Source: an uncultured virus (IMG/VR IMGVR_UViG_3300017593_001263)
Lineage: Duplodnaviria; Heunggongvirae; Uroviricota; Caudoviricetes
Virus record (IMG/VR): IMGVR_UViG_3300017593_001263
Strand: one strand, 5' to 3'
DNA: 20,000 bases
The notes beneath the pieces were generated by a model that did no database searches, was not told the DNA's origin, and saw only the letters and a list, made by a program, of their open reading frames with translations. Made by a program: the position numbers and the translations under genes. Below, piece by piece: positions 7,066 through 14,478 of this stretch (within the stretch, counting starts at the first letter, position 1; the number at the start of each line of letters is the position of its first letter).

Positions 7066-7419
7066 ATGAGTGAAATAATAACACTATCTAAGAAGCTAAA
7101 AAAATTTGTTGATATTGTAGGAATCGAAATGCGTGATTTGTACAAGACGATAAGGTCGGTTTATGGTGGTAGCATACAGTATATAGTTTTTAAAGACACT
7201 TGCAATATTGGATGGTATCATTGCATCGATTTTAAGTATAGAGGTAATGAATATAGAATTGCTTTCGTTCTACCAAGTTTGAGGATATTTGTTTTCGATG
7301 GTAAGGACGTTATCTTCAAAAGTATGAAGTTACAGAAAGACGGACGATTAGCTCCAAGTAAGGCGAAAGAGGCGGTAAAACAAGTATTTCGTTTTCTTGA
7401 AGAAAAAGTGTTCATCTAA
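7066..7419 (+). CDS. Hypothetical protein, 117 aa
   Basis: AGGTAA RBS-like site; 5 nt after the upstream stop. Confidence 0.75.
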   Translation: MSEIITLSKKLKKFVDIVGIEMRDLYKTIRSVYGGSIQYIVFKDTCNIGWYHCIDFKYRGNEYRIAFVLPSLRIFVFDGKDVIFKSMKLQKDGRLAPSKAKEAVKQVFRFLEEKVFI

Positions 7420-7495
7420 AAAGTTAGAACCACTTTTAAATACTATTTTTGTAAATATAATATTAGCTAATATTAGAAATGAGAGGTGATGTGAG

Positions 7496-7792
7496 ATGGC
7501 AAAGAAAGTACAGTCTGAGCAGACCCCTGGGCGTGTTAGGCATCTCAACGGTATGGGTAGGTTCTTCATAAAGCCCTCTCTTGGAAGAGTGCTTATAAGA
7601 AAGTCTGGTGTGATTAGAAGGAGTGACAAAGTGAGGGCAATCAATAAGAAGGTTGCAGCCAACCCGCCTGCTGCAAGGGCAAAGGCTGCATGTCTGAAAG
7701 ACCACCCAGAGTTTGGAGAGGTCTGCCCGATTCACTACTTCAGGAAGTACCTCAGGAAGGAAATGGAGGCTGTGGTTGGAAAGGGAGCGTAA
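7496..7792 (+). CDS. Highly basic protein, 98 aa; candidate nucleoprotein/DNA-condensing protein
   Basis: About 23 K+R versus 7 D+E; own TTTAAATA promoter (about 7435-7442), GAGGTGA RBS, GC-richer codons, downstream hairpins. Confidence 0.8.
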   Translation: MAKKVQSEQTPGRVRHLNGMGRFFIKPSLGRVLIRKSGVIRRSDKVRAINKKVAANPPAARAKAACLKDHPEFGEVCPIHYFRKYLRKEMEAVVGKGA

Positions 7793-7793
7793 A

Positions 7794-7835
7794 CCTTGCT
7801 GTGCAAGGGGGGTTATACCCCCCATCACTTCTTCT
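7794..7835 (+). terminator. Putative terminator/3' stability structure
   Basis: CCTTGC-tgt-GCAAGG (7794-7808) overlapping GGGGGG-ttata-CCCCCC (7807-7823), then a pyrimidine-rich tract. Confidence 0.5.
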
Positions 7836-7857
7836 ATAATTTGTGGTGGTGATATTA

Positions 7858-8208
7858 GTGTTATTGAAAAAATTTTGCGAGCAAATTGGCGGCGAATACA
7901 AGGTAGAGGAGGATGGTTCTGAGTATTGCGATATGGGGACTCATCTGTCCGCTAAAATATATATTGGAGAGAGTGGTGGAGAAGCATACTTAAATGTAGG
8001 AGTTATAGCTCCTAATGTTGATTTAAAAATACATGCACCTAATATGGAGATTATAAAGATTGGTAGAAGGTATGAGAGAGGTGCACTATTACCACCAATA
8101 CTAAAAGTTGATGTTTCTGGTTCTGAATTTAATATTTCTTATTCAACAACTATTGAGGCTATTAAGGTTAGTTATGTTGGTGACAAGATACGGGTTACGA
8201 TAGATTAA
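7858..8208 (+). CDS. Hypothetical beta-rich protein, 116 aa
   Basis: GGTGA RBS before GTG 7858; alternating hydrophobic pattern. Confidence 0.7.
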   Translation: MLLKKFCEQIGGEYKVEEDGSEYCDMGTHLSAKIYIGESGGEAYLNVGVIAPNVDLKIHAPNMEIIKIGRRYERGALLPPILKVDVSGSEFNISYSTTIEAIKVSYVGDKIRVTID

Positions 8209-8236
8209 TATTATTTGATATACCTATATATCGAGT

Positions 8237-8638
8237 ATGGAGGAAGAAATTTGGGAATTGAGAATAGACGCTCTCGATGTAGCAATACTTGATTTGCTGT
8301 ATCATTCTAAAATAAAGATGACAACGACGGATATTGCTAAAACTTTGTTTTATTATGAGAATAAATACGACCTAATGCGTTCTGATAACTTCGTCAGAAA
8401 GAGGTTGAAGAAGCTTAAAAAGTATGGTTTGGTAGAGTGCATAAAGGAAAACAACAAGATGTATTACACAATTAATCACATCAACATAATTTTTGAAGAG
8501 GATGGTGGGGTTCTTTTCAGAGTTGGCGAAATAGTTGTTAAGATTTGGGAGCTTGAAACTTCGAGACCAAGATTCTCTGGCAATATGCAAAATATATATA
8601 TGTTCGAAGACAATAATGAAGTGAATATAGAGCAATAA
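8237..8638 (+). CDS. Winged-helix DNA-binding protein, 133 aa
   Basis: LDVAILDLL...MTTTDIAKTL...VRKRLKKLKKYGLVE...YYTI wHTH pattern. Confidence 0.8.
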   Translation: MEEEIWELRIDALDVAILDLLYHSKIKMTTTDIAKTLFYYENKYDLMRSDNFVRKRLKKLKKYGLVECIKENNKMYYTINHINIIFEEDGGVLFRVGEIVVKIWELETSRPRFSGNMQNIYMFEDNNEVNIEQ

Positions 8639-8646
8639 TGTTTGTC

Positions 8647-8699
8647 GCAACGGAGAGGAGAACCCACAACAACAATAAAAGGATTCTCCTCTCCGTTGC
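8647..8699. repeat. Perfect 16-bp inverted repeat (21-nt loop) between convergent genes
   Basis: GCAACGGAGAGGAGAA (8647-8662) / TTCTCCTCTCCGTTGC (8684-8699). Confidence 0.92.
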
Positions 8700-8713
8700 T
8701 TGATTAGTCCTTA

Positions 8714-8893
8714 TTCCGAGTCCGCTTATCCCACTTCTATTTTAAATCCATCTTTGAATAGATTTGTTGAAACGCTGTCCACTCGCTTGTGGTAGTTGTA
8801 TAAGCTGTTTTCGAACCACGTGTATGCTTCAACGAGTGCTTCGTTTTCATCTTTTGCTTCTACTTTTATTTCCTTCACCAAGCGGACTCGGAA
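8714..8893. repeat. Perfect 14-bp long-range inverted repeat bracketing a small ORF
   Basis: TTCCGAGTCCGCTT (8714-8727) / AAGCGGACTCGGAA (8880-8893), 152-bp spacer. Confidence 0.9.
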
Positions 8894-8908
8894 AGTTTTT
8901 TTGGTCAT
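8726..8908 (-). CDS. Small protein, 60 aa (MTKKTFRVRLVKEIKVEAKDENEAL...), DpnD/PcfM-like VEAxxExEA motif
   Basis: Start moved to ATG 8908 because the longer ORF-track start runs through the repeat array; motif recognised from memory. Confidence 0.65.
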   Translation of the reverse strand: MTKKTFRVRLVKEIKVEAKDENEALVEAYTWFENSLYNYHKRVDSVSTNLFKDGFKIEVG

Positions 8909-8924
8909 TATTATAGTATATTTT

Positions 8925-9006
8925 TGCAACAAATGAGACAATTGCGACAACTTCTTTTATGTATGTCGTTTTTTAATGCGACAATTTGTGCGACAACATG
9001 CGACAA
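8925..9006 (+). repeat. Iteron-like TGCGACAA direct-repeat array (candidate replication origin/operator)
   Basis: Exact copies at 8943, 8977, 8989 and 8999; one-mismatch copies at 8925 and 8934; an inverted exact copy at 8642-8649; AT-rich flanks. Confidence 0.8.
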
Positions 9007-9035
9007 CCAATTTAATATATATTTTCAAGTAAACA

Positions 9036-10175
9036 TTATTTTGAAATTACGCCTAACTTCCTTAATTTATTTAACCGTCTATAAAACGTTGACCTATGAA
9101 TACCTAATTCATTATGAATCCTATTTGCTCTTTCGTTGTTACTCATTTCTGGATGTTCATTAAATAACCTTACAATTTCCTTATCTATCTCATCCAACTC
9201 GATATCCAACTCAAACAATAGTTTCGCCCTATACTCCCAATCTTTCTTGAAGTTCAGATAAATGTCCTTCAGCAAGTTATAATCCCTTAAAGTTATGCAC
9301 ACTTTATTATCCTTCAGCCAATCCACAACCGCAAAATCGACTCCATCCCTCTTTGCCAAAATATACATCATTTCAAGAAGCTCTTTTCTCGTAAATTTAA
9401 GCTCATAACGAACACATCTTTGTTTTAGAGCTAACATGACTTCATCCGTCTCATCAAAATAATTCATTATGAATATCATTTTGCCTTCAAAATTGAATTC
9501 GTCCAAAATACCTTCTTGTTCTAATGTGTTGTGTGCTGTTTGCCATGATACTTTACCGTCTTTGTCCAAAGCTCCGAGAAGTATATTAACTGCATTATCG
9601 TCATTAAACAAATTAACAACATCATCGAAAATTATGATTCCATTTCTGTGGTTGTATAGCTGTTTGTATAGCATTTTTGCAGTAATCCTACCTCTTATAA
9701 CATGAGTTTTTATGTTCTTCTTTTCAAAATAATTAGTAATGTTGAATGTTTTACCATACCCAGAATTACCTATTATTATGCAACCTTTTACTTCATCGCT
9801 TTTAAGAAACGTATCGAGAACATCGTAAAGCTTTCGATAATACTTTTCAAGCTTCGGTTCGTGCTGTTTCAGTAATTCCTTTTTCTTCTCTTCAAGCTCC
9901 TTCTCGATTAACTCTCTTTCGTATTCAAGCTGTCGTTTGATGAACTCTCTTTCTTCATCTTCAATATCCTTTTTAGATTTATCAACATAACCATACTCTT
10001 TAAGAAACTTGACCATCTCTCTTTTCACTCCGTCTTTATCATTCCAATCCAAGCTGACCAAATCGAATTCTTGCCAATCTATGCCAAGCTCCTCACACTT
10101 TCTGATAAACCACCTAACCAATCTGCCGTCTATCTTATCGTTCTGTTTTTTAAGCTCTCTTATTATGTTGTCCAT
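9036..10175 (-). CDS. AAA+ ATPase with N-terminal coiled coil and C-terminal HTH (candidate initiator/helicase loader)
   Basis: Walker A GNSGYGKT, Walker B IIIFDD, sensor-1 FIMN, Arg finger ALKQRC, HTH RIHNELGIHRSTFYRRL; AAGGTG RBS before ATG 10175; TTTAAA at about 10211-10216. Confidence 0.85.
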   Translation of the reverse strand: MDNIIRELKKQNDKIDGRLVRWFIRKCEELGIDWQEFDLVSLDWNDKDGVKREMVKFLKEYGYVDKSKKDIEDEEREFIKRQLEYERELIEKELEEKKKELLKQHEPKLEKYYRKLYDVLDTFLKSDEVKGCIIIGNSGYGKTFNITNYFEKKNIKTHVIRGRITAKMLYKQLYNHRNGIIIFDDVVNLFNDDNAVNILLGALDKDGKVSWQTAHNTLEQEGILDEFNFEGKMIFIMNYFDETDEVMLALKQRCVRYELKFTRKELLEMMYILAKRDGVDFAVVDWLKDNKVCITLRDYNLLKDIYLNFKKDWEYRAKLLFELDIELDEIDKEIVRLFNEHPEMSNNERANRIHNELGIHRSTFYRRLNKLRKLGVISK

Positions 10176-10218
10176 TAACGACACCTTAATATCTTATACA
10201 TACATAAGTTTTTAAATA

Positions 10219-10803
10219 TTATGATTTAGTAACTTTCTCGATAAGAGCCATCTTTCTTACCATGTCCGCAAACTTATCCTTTTTCAAATACATGTAATCT
10301 TCAAGCTTCTTGTAATACTTCTTATGCAGTTCGTTAAGCTTCCTATCGGATATGAAAAACAATGTTCTGCTTTGAAGACCTATAATCCTTATCGTAAACA
10401 GTATGGTCAGTATCTTTGCCGTTTCTTTATCGAACATCAAGTTTGCCAAGTGGTTGAATATGTCTATTGACTCTTTGATTGTGACACTTATCTTTACATC
10501 AGCTCCATAATCACATCTCAAAAGCAAAACCAATTTATCATTCAAATTGAATTCAATGATAAGTGGGTAATAACACACTCCGTTAATCCACACCGCCTCT
10601 ATGAATATATCGACTGTTGTGTCTATAAACGTTTCAAGTGCTTTATCATCCCCTATTAGCTTGAATCTTACATTTTTTTCATTTGGAAACGGTATTCTCT
10701 CTCCATAATCTGCATTCCACATATATTCAGCTCCCCAATGGGAGTAATGGTAATACCACTCTCCATTCCTTCTTTTCTCTATTATGAAAGCCCTATTTCC
10801 CAT
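10219..10803 (-). CDS. Hypothetical protein with N-terminal MGxRA...HYSHWGA motif (DUF6735-like), 194 aa
   Basis: N-terminus MGNRAFIIEKRRNGEWYYHYSHWGA; GGTGTGA RBS; family name recalled, not searched. Confidence 0.7.
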   Translation of the reverse strand: MGNRAFIIEKRRNGEWYYHYSHWGAEYMWNADYGERIPFPNEKNVRFKLIGDDKALETFIDTTVDIFIEAVWINGVCYYPLIIEFNLNDKLVLLLRCDYGADVKISVTIKESIDIFNHLANLMFDKETAKILTILFTIRIIGLQSRTLFFISDRKLNELHKKYYKKLEDYMYLKKDKFADMVRKMALIEKVTKS

Positions 10804-10814
10804 AGTTCACACCA

Positions 10815-11177
10815 CTACAGATACTTCAATTTAAGCAACATAGCTAATTTCTCTCCATCTCCTTTTCGTTCCTTTAGTACTTCCATCAAAAGCACAATAT
10901 GGGTATCAAATTCCAGCTCGATTTTGTATTCTAATAAAAGTTTTGTCAGCTCTATTATCTTGTCGCTTGCGGAAATCAACCTTTTGGCTATTTCGGATTT
11001 GTTTTCTTCATCCACTATGTCGAAATAAACAACATTTGTGTTTGAGCCACACTCACTACACGAAACCTCCAATAAGTCATCATCGAAATCTATATCTCCA
11101 TCACTACGTAACCATACAGTTCGTGCTATGCTTTCAACAACCCATAAACTTCCACAGTTCAAGCATATATACGGCAT
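10815..11177 (-). CDS. Zn-ribbon paralogue 4 (ICLNCGSL...CSEC)
   Basis: Two CxxC pairs; colinear similarity to three nearby genes; GGTGA RBS. Confidence 0.85.
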   Translation of the reverse strand: MPYICLNCGSLWVVESIARTVWLRSDGDIDFDDDLLEVSCSECGSNTNVVYFDIVDEENKSEIAKRLISASDKIIELTKLLLEYKIELEFDTHIVLLMEVLKERKGDGEKLAMLLKLKYL

Positions 11178-11179
11178 GG

Positions 11180-11563
11180 CTAATCACCTTTTGAAAATAC
11201 CTTTAACAATACTGCCAGCTTATCATGTCCCATGTCTTTCAGCTTGACAATAAGTTTTTCCATACCCTCATCACTTATCTTGATTTTTCCATCCTTCACC
11301 AAATTTGCGAACACTACAATTCTATCATCTCCTTTAGCGCTCAATAATGCTTTAGCAACTTCTCTTTTATCTTCACATACAATCTCGAAATCAATTAGAT
11401 TTACTTCTTCATAACACTCATAACACTCAATTCCGCTAATTTCATCCAGCTCCAAATCGTCTTTGTATACTTCTCCATCTAACTCCAACTCCACAATAGT
11501 GTATGCAACGTAATCAACCCTATATTCTAAACTTCCACAGTTCAAACAAATTCGTGGTCTCAT
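11180..11563 (-). CDS. Zn-ribbon paralogue 3 (ICLNCGSL...CYEC)
   Basis: Two CxxC pairs; LIDFEIV...EVAKALL...LVKDGKIKI shared with 12387-12776; GAGGTG RBS. Confidence 0.85.
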   Translation of the reverse strand: MRPRICLNCGSLEYRVDYVAYTIVELELDGEVYKDDLELDEISGIECYECYEEVNLIDFEIVCEDKREVAKALLSAKGDDRIVVFANLVKDGKIKISDEGMEKLIVKLKDMGHDKLAVLLKVFSKGD

Positions 11564-11566
11564 ACT

Positions 11567-11743
11567 TCAACACCTCTCAAATATATACATTCTTCCCACT
11601 TTCCTGAATTTCAGCTTTCCCTCACTTGCCATCTTGAATAGATACGTCCTTGCAGTTAGAGGACAAATCCTAAATGCTTTTGCTACGTCACCAGCACATA
11701 CGTATTTCATCTTCTTTACGAGTTCCATAATATCTCTCTCCAT
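11567..11743 (-). CDS. Minimal winged-helix protein, 58 aa (MERDIMELVKKMKYVCAGDVAKAFRICPLTARTYLFKMASEGKLKFRKVGRMYIFERC)
   Basis: Not in the ORF track; GGTGA RBS, TGATG overlap; DeoR/FaeA-like wHTH pattern. Confidence 0.8.
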   Translation of the reverse strand: MERDIMELVKKMKYVCAGDVAKAFRICPLTARTYLFKMASEGKLKFRKVGRMYIFERC

Positions 11744-12306
11744 CAGCTATCACCTTTTGTGGATTTTGCCAAAATTATCATTTTTTCGAGTTCTTTCTTT
11801 GTTACGTCAACCCATTTAAACAGTTCAATTAGTTCTAAAATAGATTCAAAAACACCATTAACGAATAACACTATGTAATTGTCTACATAAGAATATGTTA
11901 GTTCTAATTTCGAAATTTTATCTCCAAGTATGCAATATATTTTGTTGAACATTTTTGTTCTCTCAAGGAATGAATCTACCAAATCAGAACCATTAATATT
12001 TTTTATGTGGTCTTCATCTACCAATCTTATCTTTAAGCGTGTATTTATTTGTGTGTTTTCACCAATTAATTTATTCAGAATTTCATAAACATCCATTATT
12101 TCATTCTTTAGATGTGAAAAGTCCTCGTATTTTAGGTCATAGGTTTTATAGCACACATACCCATTTTTACAGTCAATAATTATCAATAAGTCACCGTTAA
12201 ACCTTAACATAGCTCTATCAACACACATCAAACTATGTTTGCTTATACAATAATCTATCAGTTGTTTCATCTCCGTAATGTTCACATCTGTTATCTCTAT
12301 TTCCAT
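11743..12306 (-). CDS. Hypothetical protein, 187 aa
   Basis: GAGGTG RBS; long ORF within the operon. Confidence 0.8.
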   Translation of the reverse strand: MEIEITDVNITEMKQLIDYCISKHSLMCVDRAMLRFNGDLLIIIDCKNGYVCYKTYDLKYEDFSHLKNEIMDVYEILNKLIGENTQINTRLKIRLVDEDHIKNINGSDLVDSFLERTKMFNKIYCILGDKISKLELTYSYVDNYIVLFVNGVFESILELIELFKWVDVTKKELEKMIILAKSTKGDS

Positions 12307-12386
12307 AAGCTACACCTCACAATATTAATCTGCGTTCCATTTTACTATATAGCACGATACCGTCTGCCCTTGAATAACATTTTTCT

Positions 12387-12776
12387 TCAATTATCACCAT
12401 TTGCGTTCACCTTCAGCAATAGTGCCAATTTTCCATGTCCCATATCGTTAAGCTTTTCGATTAACATTTCAAGCTCCTTTTTACTTCTTATTCTGATTTT
12501 TCCGTCCTTAACCAATTGTGCAAACTTAATGATTCTTTCATTTTCATTACAATCGAGTAATGCTTTTGCGACTTCTTCTTTACATTCTTCAACCATTTCA
12601 AAATCTATTAGGTATTCATCTTCATCGCACTCATAACAGTAAACATATTTGACATTTCCATATTCCGTGCCATCAACAACAACATCTCCATTATGCTGAA
12701 ACATCACGTAATCATAAACTTCCGATTCAACAACATAATCCAAACTTCCACATCTCAAACATATTTTTGGTTGCAT
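12387..12776 (-). CDS. Zn-ribbon paralogue 2 (ICLRCGSL...CYEC)
   Basis: Two CxxC pairs; family similarity; GGTGA RBS. Confidence 0.85.
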   Translation of the reverse strand: MQPKICLRCGSLDYVVESEVYDYVMFQHNGDVVVDGTEYGNVKYVYCYECDEDEYLIDFEMVEECKEEVAKALLDCNENERIIKFAQLVKDGKIRIRSKKELEMLIEKLNDMGHGKLALLLKVNANGDN

Positions 12777-13165
12777 GTCACGTCACCTTCATCAGTTACT
12801 TTCAAGAGTAACGATAACTTCTCATATCCGTATTTTCTCAATATGTGATACAGACATTCCCTAACATATTTGTCAATACGGATTTTTTTCTCGATAACAA
12901 ATTTTGCAAACAGTTTTACTCTTTCCTTTCCATCAACCGAATACAGTTTATCAACCACTTCTTTTGGGTTATCTGCTATTATCTTGAAATCAACCAAGTA
13001 ATCCGCATTATCGCAATCGGGACAATACATTTCTTCAAATTCACCAACATCTCCTTCAGTAACAATAGCTTCTCCATCATCATTCAACGAAATTTCATCC
13101 CAAGCACTATAGGTAACTATATACGACAAACTTCCACACTTCAAACATATTTTTGTTTCAACCAT
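12755..13165 (-). CDS. Zn-ribbon paralogue 1 (ICLKCGSL...CPDC)
   Basis: Two CxxC pairs; family similarity; GGTGTGA RBS. Confidence 0.85.
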   Translation of the reverse strand: MVETKICLKCGSLSYIVTYSAWDEISLNDDGEAIVTEGDVGEFEEMYCPDCDNADYLVDFKIIADNPKEVVDKLYSVDGKERVKLFAKFVIEKKIRIDKYVRECLYHILRKYGYEKLSLLLKVTDEGDVTCNQKYV

Positions 13166-13171
13166 ACCACA

Positions 13172-13252
13172 TCACACCTTTTTCAAGCTCCATGTTTCGA
13201 TTCTTATTATTCTTCCATTTGCAACTTCATGTATTACTTCTTTTATCACCAT
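13172..13252 (-). CDS. Short peptide, 26 aa (MVIKEVIHEVANGRIIRIETWSLKKV)
   Basis: AGGTGTG RBS; fills the gap exactly; may be a gene remnant. Confidence 0.45.
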   Translation of the reverse strand: MVIKEVIHEVANGRIIRIETWSLKKV

Positions 13253-13262
13253 CAGCACACAC

Positions 13263-13634
13263 CTAATCACGAGCTTTTTCTATCAACATCCTTTTCCCAA
13301 TTTCATTAAATTTCTCCTTTAGTTTTTCCTTATCATCTATGATTTCTATTAGCTCCTTGAATATCTTTCGTTTATCTTGATATTTTCTCACTAAATGATA
13401 GATTATATTTCCTTCAAAATCATCTACCTCGAATTCAAACGACACTACCCATCTACCGATTAGTATGTTTGACGGTTCGTAATACTTGAACAAATATGTT
13501 GAAACGAATTGTTTGCACTCTATTGAATTACAGCTATATCCGTCTTGTCTATCCTTCTCGATTTTGTAGATAAACATTCTCATGTTTGAATAATTTTGAT
13601 ATGCGGTTGCTTGTAGTGATAACTTCATTTTCAT
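13263..13634 (-). CDS. Hypothetical protein, 123 aa
   Basis: GAGGTGA RBS; operonic. Confidence 0.8.
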   Translation of the reverse strand: MKMKLSLQATAYQNYSNMRMFIYKIEKDRQDGYSCNSIECKQFVSTYLFKYYEPSNILIGRWVVSFEFEVDDFEGNIIYHLVRKYQDKRKIFKELIEIIDDKEKLKEKFNEIGKRMLIEKARD

Positions 13635-13635
13635 A

Positions 13636-13938
13636 TCACGTCACCTCGTATATGTCTGGCTCATGGTAATCATACTTCCATGATTCATCAGCAATTATTA
13701 GTGAATAATCAATCACTTCAACATCATCAAGATGTTCTTTCAGTTTTTCAATTAGCCACTCCTCACAATCATCCAAATCATCAAAAACCTCGTAAAATTC
13801 TTGTTGTATGTTGTAGCAAACATCTGCGATAGGGTTTATTCTATGTGCTGATTTTATCAATATGTGTATTGTGTAGTCATCTGGAAACTTGAATTCAATC
13901 AAATACACCTTTCTCTTTAACTCATTACTGTAAACCAT
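13636..13938 (-). CDS. Acidic hypothetical protein, 100 aa
   Basis: GGGTGA RBS; D/E-rich C-terminal half. Confidence 0.8.
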   Translation of the reverse strand: MVYSNELKRKVYLIEFKFPDDYTIHILIKSAHRINPIADVCYNIQQEFYEVFDDLDDCEEWLIEKLKEHLDDVEVIDYSLIIADESWKYDYHEPDIYEVT

Positions 13939-14478
13939 CTAAATCACCCTCTTCAACAATATCATTTTTTCGGCTTCATTTCTGTTCGTGAACAGCTTTA
14001 GTTTGATTATCGATAAATCACAATCCATACCATCAGCTCTAATACCAAACCATTCATGCATACCTTCTTTATTTGCGACTATGGTTTCATGGATACCCCA
14101 TGCATCGAAAATTCTGCATAAGTATGCATACCCGTTATTTATCTCATATCTCTTTACCATTTTCACACATAGTGCTATTTGTTTAATATCATCGTTCATA
14201 ATCTCTCTAAAGACCTCATCAAAATCTCTAATCTCTCCATCTTTAACCCATAGTATTCTGCTCTTTGGAGTTATCTGAATTCTCATCATCCACTTATCAA
14301 AATCCTTTTCATTATGAATTACTTTTTCACATAATGTTAAGTGTGACACTCTGCCTAAATCTCCTTCAAAATACGATTGAGATATCCATGATACTACAAA
14401 ATGTTCAATTTTTCCTTCTTCATAATACTTTTTCATAGTGTCTTTAGCAAACTTAACAAAATCTTTTATTTCAGCCAC
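13939..14478 (-). CDS. Hypothetical protein, 179 aa
   Basis: AGGTGA RBS before GTG; overlaps the end of the VWA gene. Confidence 0.8.
   Translation of the reverse strand: MAEIKDFVKFAKDTMKKYYEEGKIEHFVVSWISQSYFEGDLGRVSHLTLCEKVIHNEKDFDKWMMRIQITPKSRILWVKDGEIRDFDEVFREIMNDDIKQIALCVKMVKRYEINNGYAYLCRIFDAWGIHETIVANKEGMHEWFGIRADGMDCDLSIIKLKLFTNRNEAEKMILLKRVI

Noticed and set aside
7496..7545. Assignment of the basic protein as fusellovirus VP2 or an SIRV-type capsid protein
   Set aside because: Resemblance is limited to a few N-terminal residues recalled from memory; insufficient for a family call
8714..8893. 14-bp inverted repeat as MITE/IS terminal repeats
   Set aside because: No target-site duplication, no transposase, and one arm lies in-frame inside an intact ORF; kept only as a structural or inversion hypothesis
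8925..9006. TGCGACAA array as a mini-CRISPR
   Set aside because: The repeats are 8 bp with irregular 1-26 bp gaps; there is no 25-40 bp repeat/spacer periodicity
12310..12386. Possible micro-ORFs in the 12.3-kb gap
   Set aside because: Only 11-23 codon frames without a convincing start/RBS combination; probably a decayed gene end
11180..13646. Recurrent KGD/GD/EV C-terminal residues and GGTGACGTGA motifs at gene junctions
   Set aside because: Explained by the next gene's GGTGA/GAGGTG RBS overlapping the upstream coding end
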